Shown here: piece by piece, positions 60,990 to 64,000 of the stretch
How the letters are laid out: the number at the start of each line of letters is the position of its first letter
Position numbering within the stretch: position 1 is the first letter of the stretch
From: Sphyrna mokarran
Lineage: Eukaryota
Assembly: GCA_024679065.1 (NCBI GenBank)
Contig: JAGIQG010000017.1
Location: forward strand, 32,798,001-32,862,000
Length of the DNA: 64,000 nucleotides
Direction: 5' to 3'
The notes under the pieces: model-generated
The model's database searches: none
Told to the model about the DNA's origin: nothing
What the model saw: only the letters and a program-made list of their open reading frames with translations
Translations under genes and position numbers: made by a program

Positions 60990-62195
60990 GTTCGCTTGAG
61001 TTTTCAAGGAAGTAACAAAGATGATAGGTGAGGGTAAGGCAGTGGATGTTGTGTCCATGGATTTCAGTGAAGTCTTTGACAAAGTACCTCGTGGAAGGCT
61101 GGTGCGAAAGGTCACACGGGATCAGAGGAGAACTAGCAAGATGGATTTAAAACTGGCTTGGCTATAGAAGACAGGGGGTAGCAGTAGAGGGGTGCTTTTC
61201 TGAATGAAAAGCTGTAACTAGTGGAGTTCCATAGGGATCAGTCCTGGGAATTTTGTTGTTTTCTTAGTATTTATAACTGAATTGGAGGAAAAAGTAGCCG
61301 GTCTGATTAGTAAGTTCGCAGATGACACAAAAATTGATGGAGTTGCAGATAATGAACATGATAGTCAGAGTATATGGAAAGATATAGACAGATTGGAGAC
61401 TTGGGCAGAGAAATGGCAGATGGAGTTTAATCTGGACAAACATGTAATAATGCATTTTGGAAGTCCAATGCATATAGGAATAGTAGAATCCTTAGGAGTA
61501 TTGACAGGCAGAGAGATTCGGGTGCACATGTCCACTGATAGTTGAAAATGGCAATGCAGATCGATAAGGTAGTCAAGAAAGCATACAGCATGCTTGCCTT
61601 CATCGGTTGGGGCATTGGCAGACCATGTTGTAGGTGTACAGGTGCTGTAGTTAGGCCTCATTTGGAATATTGTATAAAATTTTGGTCACCACACTACCAA
61701 AAGGATGCGGATGCTTTGGACAGGGTATAGGAGAGATTTACCAGAATACTGGCTGGTTTGGAGGGTATTAGCTATGAGCGAAGGTTGGACAAACTCGGTT
61801 TGTTCTCACTGGAACAACAAAGGTTAGGGAAAGGTTTACAAGATTATGGGTGGCACGGACAGAGTGGATAGTCAGATGTTCTTTTCTAGGGTAGAAAAGT
61901 CAAGTACTAGAGGAAATAGGCTTAAGGTACGTGGGGAAAGGTTTAAAGGAGATGTGCAAAGCATGTTTTTTACACAGAGAGTGGTCAATATCTGGAAAGA
62001 TCCGCATGGGGAGATGGTGAAAACAGGTACAATAGCGGCATTTAAGAGGCAACTAGACGAATACATGAATAGGATGGGAATGGAAGGATACGGACTCTGT
62101 AAGTGTCTATGGTTTTAGTTTAGGCAGGCATCATGTTGGGCGCAGGCTTGGAGGGCCAAAGGACTTCTTCCTGTGCTGTACTAATCTTTGTTGTT
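60990..62195 (+). mobile_element. CR1 LINE RT to 3' end, decayed
   Basis: AVDVVSMDFSEVFDKVP; ISKFADDTKIDG; RPHLEYCIKFWSPHYQKD; FFTQRVVNIW; tail CCTGTGCTGTACT. Confidence 0.95.
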
Positions 62196-62533
62196 TAAAA
62201 GAAATAAAGGTTATAGGTTATTACTCTGCAAGTAAATGATAATATTGAAACATTAATCAAACTGCACTGAGAAGCAACCTGTGCTGCATTCAGAAATATT
62301 AACACTTTGTCGCCAAAATTTGTTCTAAGTATTCATGAAACGTACCTCAGAAAGTCAAATAAGATACTAAATATTTTAACAATGTCACTTTTATTTCATA
62401 AATGTTTTTTACATTTAGATTTTCAGCCATTTAAAATGCATGTTTCGGAGCATAGCTTTCACAAACAAAAAGCTTCACATAAAGTTATACATTAGTATAA
62501 TATATAATATCATCAAACAAAAAGACATCAGGG

Positions 62534-62807
62534 GAACATAGGAACAGGAGTAGGCTCTATTGGCCTTCTAATGTTTTCGCCAATCAGGGAGATCATGGTT
62601 GATCTATAGCTTAATTCCACATACCCACCTTTGCACCACAGCCTTTAATACCCTTGGCTAACAAACATCTATCAATCTCAGCATTTAAATGAACAAATCT
62701 CGGGACTTACATACACAATTCTGAAAAAAAACCTCTAACACAATAGTCATGCCTAAGAATTAGGAGTGGAAGTAGGCAAATTCAGCCCTTCAAGCCTGCT
62801 ACATCAT
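62534..62807 (-). mobile_element. Two short old CR1 3'-end remnants
   Basis: GAACATAGGAACAGGAGTAGGC and AGAATTAGGAGTGGAAGTAGGC...CAGCCCTTCAAGCCTGCT. Confidence 0.65.
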
Positions 62808-63274
62808 ACTCAGGGACACTATCTTACATCATTTGGGGTTAGATTTTCTTAATATTCCCCCAGTGATAAGCAATGTATAAGCCATTAAGCATTCAGCAAT
62901 AACTTTTCAAAGGCATTTGGATCGATACATTGAAAGGAACATTTGTCTGGCTGTGGGGAAAGTGTATGATGGGCTGTGTATGATTTTATGATCTGTAGTC
63001 TTACCCCAGTGTGTCTGTAGAAGGGTGCTGGGTTGAAAAAAACAATTTGTGATAAAAAAAAGTGTCAAGAGATGGTAACAATTCATTGCTTTTTTACGAA
63101 TGGACACCTGTAGCTTAACCATTCTGACCTGGAAAGATGCAAGTTCAAAGCCTCTGTTGAATTAGCGAATCTCGGTGAAGGTGATCAGTGCCAATGGGTT
63201 AAAAAGGAGCAAATGTACTCCTGCTGAAAGTGCAGCTGTTTGCAATTTGTGTGAGGACAAAAATGAACATATTT

Positions 63275-63435
63275 AGAACATAGAACATAGAACAATACAG
63301 CACAAACAGGCTCTTCGGCTCACAAGTTGCACCGATCATATCTACCAATCCACAGACCTATCTATAACCCCCTATCCTATTTGTTTCCATATACTCATCC
63401 AGAAGTCTTTTAAAAGACCCCAGTGAGTTTGCCTC
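63275..63435 (-). mobile_element. CR1 LINE 3' end
   Basis: (AGAACAT)n tail plus CAGCACAAACAGGCTCTTCGGC, as at 34171. Confidence 0.85.
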
Positions 63436-63707
63436 AATGGTCTCAATGATTCTTCCTTCATAGCTCGCTGATATTCTGGGCTAACTAATGGCCACTTAAG
63501 TGAAGGACTTACACATAACAAATCATATCGCAGCAAGAAATTAATAAATTCAAAGAAATGATAATAAATAATTTATAGAAATCACTTAATTATGTATCAG
63601 TTTCTGGTATGTCTTATTGATGCAACCATTTTGGAGAGGCATTAAGAGAGATGCTTGTAATTATGTAGCAACTATCACAGATACCCCAATGACCTCATAT
63701 TTATTGA

Positions 63708-63899
63708 GTGGGATTTTCCACCCTCTAACCCCTCCATATTTTCCGGCAGCAGAAGCAGCTCACCATTGGCCATCTACAGGGTCTTTCAATCCCATTCGTG
63801 CCTAAGGAGTTTTGTGTGCCTTGCTTGTATTGCTGCAGCAGGTCACCTTCGACGGGACCAGAAAATCCTGCTGGTGGGAAGGACTGGAAAATTCAACCC
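63708..63899. mobile_element. ~190 bp MITE (Harbinger-like TIRs)
   Basis: GTGGGATTTTCCA...TGGAAAATTCAACCC. Confidence 0.65.
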
Positions 63900-64000
63900 T
63901 ATGTGTATTTTGAAATATAGCCATTATTGTAATGGAGGTAACCCTGCAGTTAGTTTGGATATAGCAACCCCCCACGTACAGTAATGTGACAATGATCTGT

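Overview
Repeat-rich vertebrate DNA with no intact host protein-coding gene visible, so probably a large intron or gene desert. The repeat content points to a shark (Chondrichthyes); this is inferred from family recognition, not from a database search. Retroelements: one young, nearly full-ORF2 CR1 LINE (34171-37350, minus), many CR1, Rex1/Babar-like and L2 fragments, about 20 tRNA-derived SINEs of at least four families, probable solo LTR sequence, and two families of Penelope-like elements (PLEs) whose terminal repeats carry decayed minimal hammerhead-ribozyme motifs. DNA transposons: PIF/Harbinger remnants (intron-containing Myb/SANT gene relics and MITEs). Tandem repeats: a 1.6 kb C-rich (ATTGAAC-core) minisatellite and microsatellites. 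Several repeat-free, homeobox-motif-rich blocks look like conserved enhancers. The most interesting signals are short TSD-flanked PLE/hammerhead inserts with tandem and inverted units (retrozyme-like), a LINE that appears to use a SINE as its 3' end, a SINE family with swapped LINE-derived tails, an unidentified 119-bp retroposon in a SINE B-box, and a microsatellite caught expanding from a transposon exon. Nearly all ORFs in the supplied track are transposon debris or chance. Repeat boundaries are approximate unless a TSD is quoted.
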